64,000 bases of DNA from an uncultured bacterium (GTDB taxonomy: Bacteria > Krumholzibacteriota > Krumholzibacteriia > Krumholzibacteriales > Krumholzibacteriaceae): NCBI GenBank assembly GCA_963813815.1, contig CAWFAD010000007.1, positions 384,001-448,000 on the forward strand. Reading direction: 5' to 3'. Of the stretch, positions 60,740 through 64,000 are shown piece after piece. Numbering within the stretch: position 1 is the first letter of the stretch; each line of letters begins with the position of its first letter. The translations under genes and the position numbers were made by a program. Below the pieces are notes generated by a model. It did no database searches, had not been told where the DNA came from, and saw only the letters and a list, made by a program, of their open reading frames with translations.

Positions 60740-62842
60740 ATGGGAACCGGATCGAGATCAAACGACCTGCTCCGGCAGAGCAGCCAGTTCATAAAGGGCG
60801 TCGGCCCCGCGAGACAGGTCTCGCTCGAGCGCCTCGGCATACGGACCGTCGAGGACCTCATCATGCATTTTCCTCGCGCCTACTACGACCGGCGGAATCT
60901 CGTCCCCATCGGCGGGTTGCGGCCCGGCGCGGAGGCGACCTTCGTGGGCACGATATTGGCCGTTTCCCCCCGGGCGGGAAGGCATGGGCGAAGCATCCTC
61001 ACCGTCGCCGTGGGGGACGAGACGGGCGTCGTGAATCTCGTCTATTTCAACCGTCCGTACCTCGAGCGGTATTTGAGGCAGGGGGAGCGCGTCGTCGTCA
61101 GCGGAGAGATGACGACGTACCGCGACACGCGCCAGCTCGTTTCCCCTGAATGCGAGGCCATCGGGGGAGAGCTCACCGAGTCGCTCATTCACGCCGGTCG
61201 CATCGTTCCGGTCTATCCGCTCACCGGGGGGATCTCGCAGCGCATGATGCGGCGGATCGTTCACGAGGCGCTCGAAAAATCCGCGGGGGCGTTCCCGGAG
61301 AACCTCACCCCCGGGCTCATGAAGGAGTTCGACGTGCCGCCGAGGGCCGCGGCGCTCGCGGAAATGCATTATCCCGAATCGCTCGACCGGCTCGAACGGG
61401 CGAAGCGCCGCTTCAAGATCGAGGAGGTTTTCTTTCTGCACCTGCTCCTCAAGGAACGCCGCACGCGCCTCGAGCGGACGCGCAGACGACCGCCCGTCGC
61501 GCCGCCGCACGAGCTCTGCGAGCGGTTCGTCGCCGCGCTGCCCTTCGAGCTCACCGCGGCGCAGCGGCGCGTGCTCGATGAGGTCCGGCGGGACGTCGAG
61601 CGGAGCGCGGGGCTCAGCCGGCTCATACAGGGGGAGGTGGGATCGGGGAAGACGGTCGTGGCGCTTGCCGCAGCCATGCTCGCGATCGGCGGGGGGTACC
61701 AGGCGGCCTTCATGGCGCCGACGGAAATCCTGGCCATGCAGCATCACGACCGCGCGCGGGAGCTCTGCGGCGGGCTCGGCGTGCGGACCGCGCTTCTCAT
61801 CGGTTCGCTCCCCAGGCCCGAAAAGTCGCGGGTGCAGGAGGAGATCCGCTCGGGGCGGGTCGATCTCGTGGTCGGCACGCACGCCCTCATCCAAGAGGTC
61901 ATATCCTTCAAGCAGCTCGGTCTCGCCGTCATCGACGAGCAGCACCGTTTCGGCGTGAAGCAGCGGGCGAGCTTCGGCAGGGAGGAGGCTCTCCTGCCGC
62001 ATTTTCTCGTCATGACGGCGACCCCGATCCCGCGGAGCCTCGCGCAGACCGTGTATGGCGATCTCGATCTCTCGATCATCGACGAGCTGCCGCGCGGCCG
62101 TCGGCGGGTCGCGACGAAGCTCGTTTCCGCGGAGGAGCACCGGCGCGTGTACGGCGAAATCCGCGCCGCGTTCGAGAGAGGCGAGCAGGCTTTCATTCTC
62201 TATCCGCTCGTCCAGGAGAGCGAGCGGATAGATCTGCGGGCGGCCACCGAGGAGTTCGAGCGGCTGCAGCGGGAAGAGTTCGCCGTCTATCCCCTCGGCC
62301 TGCTGCACGGAAGGATGAGCTTCGAGGAGAAGGCGAAGGCGATCGACCTCTTCCGCCGCGGAGAGATACTCGGTCTCGTGACGACGACCGTGATCGAGGT
62401 CGGCGTCGACATACCGAACGCCTCGATGCTCCTCGTCAACAATCCGGAACGGTTCGGGCTCGCCCAGCTCCACCAGCTGCGGGGCCGCGTCGGAAGAGGC
62501 GGCGCGGACGGCTTCTGCTGGCTTCTCGTGAGCGACGACGCCGGAGCGGCGACCCGCGAGCGCCTGTCCTTCTTCGCGACCCACGACGACGGTTTCGCGG
62601 TGGCGGAGGAGGATCTGCGGATTCGCGGTCCCGGCGAAATCTGGGGGTATCGCCAATCCGGAACCCCCGGCTTTCGTCTCATCAATCCGCTCGGAGATCA
62701 AGAGCTCGTTCGACTTTCCTGGAACGCCGCGGGAAGGATCATCGACGGGGATCCCGGCCTCGCGCTTCCCGAGCACGGCGCGATCGCTCGCTACTACCGG
62801 GGGTATTACCTGCCGAGGATGGAGCTCGCGGAGATCGGATAG
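60740..62842 (+). CDS. recG: ATP-dependent DNA helicase RecG
   Basis: KGVGP, PVYPLT, QGEVGSGKT, DEQHRFG, TATPIPR, QLHQLRGRVGRG, RGPGE. Confidence 0.97.
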   Translation: MGTGSRSNDLLRQSSQFIKGVGPARQVSLERLGIRTVEDLIMHFPRAYYDRRNLVPIGGLRPGAEATFVGTILAVSPRAGRHGRSILTVAVGDETGVVNLVYFNRPYLERYLRQGERVVVSGEMTTYRDTRQLVSPECEAIGGELTESLIHAGRIVPVYPLTGGISQRMMRRIVHEALEKSAGAFPENLTPGLMKEFDVPPRAAALAEMHYPESLDRLERAKRRFKIEEVFFLHLLLKERRTRLERTRRRPPVAPPHELCERFVAALPFELTAAQRRVLDEVRRDVERSAGLSRLIQGEVGSGKTVVALAAAMLAIGGGYQAAFMAPTEILAMQHHDRARELCGGLGVRTALLIGSLPRPEKSRVQEEIRSGRVDLVVGTHALIQEVISFKQLGLAVIDEQHRFGVKQRASFGREEALLPHFLVMTATPIPRSLAQTVYGDLDLSIIDELPRGRRRVATKLVSAEEHRRVYGEIRAAFERGEQAFILYPLVQESERIDLRAATEEFERLQREEFAVYPLGLLHGRMSFEEKAKAIDLFRRGEILGLVTTTVIEVGVDIPNASMLLVNNPERFGLAQLHQLRGRVGRGGADGFCWLLVSDDAGAATRERLSFFATHDDGFAVAEEDLRIRGPGEIWGYRQSGTPGFRLINPLGDQELVRLSWNAAGRIIDGDPGLALPEHGAIARYYRGYYLPRMELAEIG

Positions 62843-62886
62843 CGCGCGGCCGCGGCGAAGCCTCCCGCCGGCGAAAGGAGATCCCG

Positions 62887-63435
62887 ATGCTTTCGAGAGA
62901 GCAGGCTCTGGAGCTCGTGAACGCCAATCTCACGAAGAAGAACCTCGTGAAGCACGTGCTCGCCGTTGAGGCGATTATGCGGTCGCTGGCGCGCGCTCTC
63001 GGGCAGGACGAGGACGCGTGGGGGCTCGCCGGGCTTCTCCACGATCTCGACTACGAACGGACGGCGAGCGACCCGTCGAATCACGGACGTCTCACCGTCG
63101 AGATGATCTCGGGGTGCGATCTTCCGCCGGGGATCGACAACGCGGTGCTCGCCCACGCCGGGCACGCCCCCCGCAACTCGCTCATGGACAAGGCGATATA
63201 CTGCTCTGACCCGGTGACTGGCTTGATAGTTGCATCGGCCCTCATGCATCCCTCGAAGAAGCTCGCGGGGATCGACCCCGACTTCGTGGGAAATCGCTTC
63301 AAGGAAAAGCGGTTCGCAGCAGGAGCAAGCCGCGAAGCGATTGCAAGTTGTGGCGAGCTGGGTCTCGAATTGCATGAGTTTTTCCGGATCGCGATCGATG
63401 CCATGAGAGGCATCGCCGCCGATTTGGATCTCTAG
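62887..63435 (+). CDS. HDIG/HD-domain protein
   Basis: KHVLAVE, GLLHDLDYE, DPVTGLI, FAAGASRE. Confidence 0.88.
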   Translation: MLSREQALELVNANLTKKNLVKHVLAVEAIMRSLARALGQDEDAWGLAGLLHDLDYERTASDPSNHGRLTVEMISGCDLPPGIDNAVLAHAGHAPRNSLMDKAIYCSDPVTGLIVASALMHPSKKLAGIDPDFVGNRFKEKRFAAGASREAIASCGELGLELHEFFRIAIDAMRGIAADLDL

Positions 63436-63486
63436 AGGGCGGGATCCCGGCTCGAGCCTGACGAACCGAATCGGAGGGCGTGAGCT

Positions 63487-64000
63487 ATGATCGTCACATG
63501 CGATGGCTGTCGCACGAAGTATCTCCTCAGCGACGAGAAGGTGCCGGAGCGTGGCGTCCGGGTGAGGTGCCCGAAGTGCAAGTTCGTGTGGCGTCTCATG
63601 CCGCGGGTCGACGAGTCGGTGTTCGAGGTTTCGAGCGGCGTGTTCGCCGGGCAGGAGCCCGAGGTGGGGGAGCAGCAGTCGAGCGGATGGACCACCGCCG
63701 AAAAGACGCTTCGCTCGTTCGCCGGACACGCCCTTCATGCGAACGAGGAGGGGGAGCGTCCCGCCGAGCAGGCGGACGAGACGCCCAAGGCGCCGGCGGC
63801 CGCGACGGAGGATCCCGAGGTTCGCAAACGCCTCGATCGCTCAAAAAGATTGGCGCGGGTGTACGTCAGTGATATTCTCGTGTACAACAAGGATAAGCGC
63901 GACAAGGCCCTCGAGAACGGCGATCTCATGACGGCCCTGGGCCCCGAGATCAAGAAGGCGTGGGAGGCGTACAAGGAAAAGGTCGGCTCCAACCTTCCGG
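63487..64000 (+). CDS. MJ0042-type zinc-ribbon protein, runs off window end
   Basis: Manual translation MIVTCDGCRTKY...VRCPKCKFVW, acidic linker, KRLARVYVSDILVYN; absent from ORF track because it has no stop. Confidence 0.85.
   Translation, partial: MIVTCDGCRTKYLLSDEKVPERGVRVRCPKCKFVWRLMPRVDESVFEVSSGVFAGQEPEVGEQQSSGWTTAEKTLRSFAGHALHANEEGERPAEQADETPKAPAAATEDPEVRKRLDRSKRLARVYVSDILVYNKDKRDKALENGDLMTALGPEIKKAWEAYKEKVGSNLP

Overview
High-GC bacterial chromosomal segment, almost entirely + strand, with no mobile elements, CRISPR, tRNA or rRNA detected. The gene content (T9SS-type C-terminal domain, DUF2723 proteins, meso-DAP MurE) suggests a diderm FCB-related lineage; this is inference only. Four blocks: (1) 1-8050 selA, a degenerate-ATPase/SPOR protein, smc, a half-size TauE/SafE protein and a frameshifted ftsY, preceded by two NrdR-box-like palindromes. 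(2) 8093-12293 FMN riboswitch with ribD-ribE-ribBA-ribH-nusB. (3) 12290-40366 a ~28 kb glycosylation locus: two tandem DUF2723/TMEM260-like GT-C genes sharing a ~1.45 kb apparently identical, strongly G-skewed tract, two further GT-C proteins, two polyprenol-P-sugar synthases, flippases, GT2/GT4s, methyltransferases, a GT2 fused to a degenerate phosphoglycosyltransferase and a PorZ-like propeller. (4) 40486-64000 dcw cluster (mraZ, an inserted STAS-like gene, rsmH to ftsZ; no murB/ddl), then TPR protein, radical SAM, rpmB, recG, HDIG protein and a truncated zinc-ribbon protein. The best candidate for an undescribed system is the putative protein O-glycosylation locus built around the gene-converted TMEM260-like pair.
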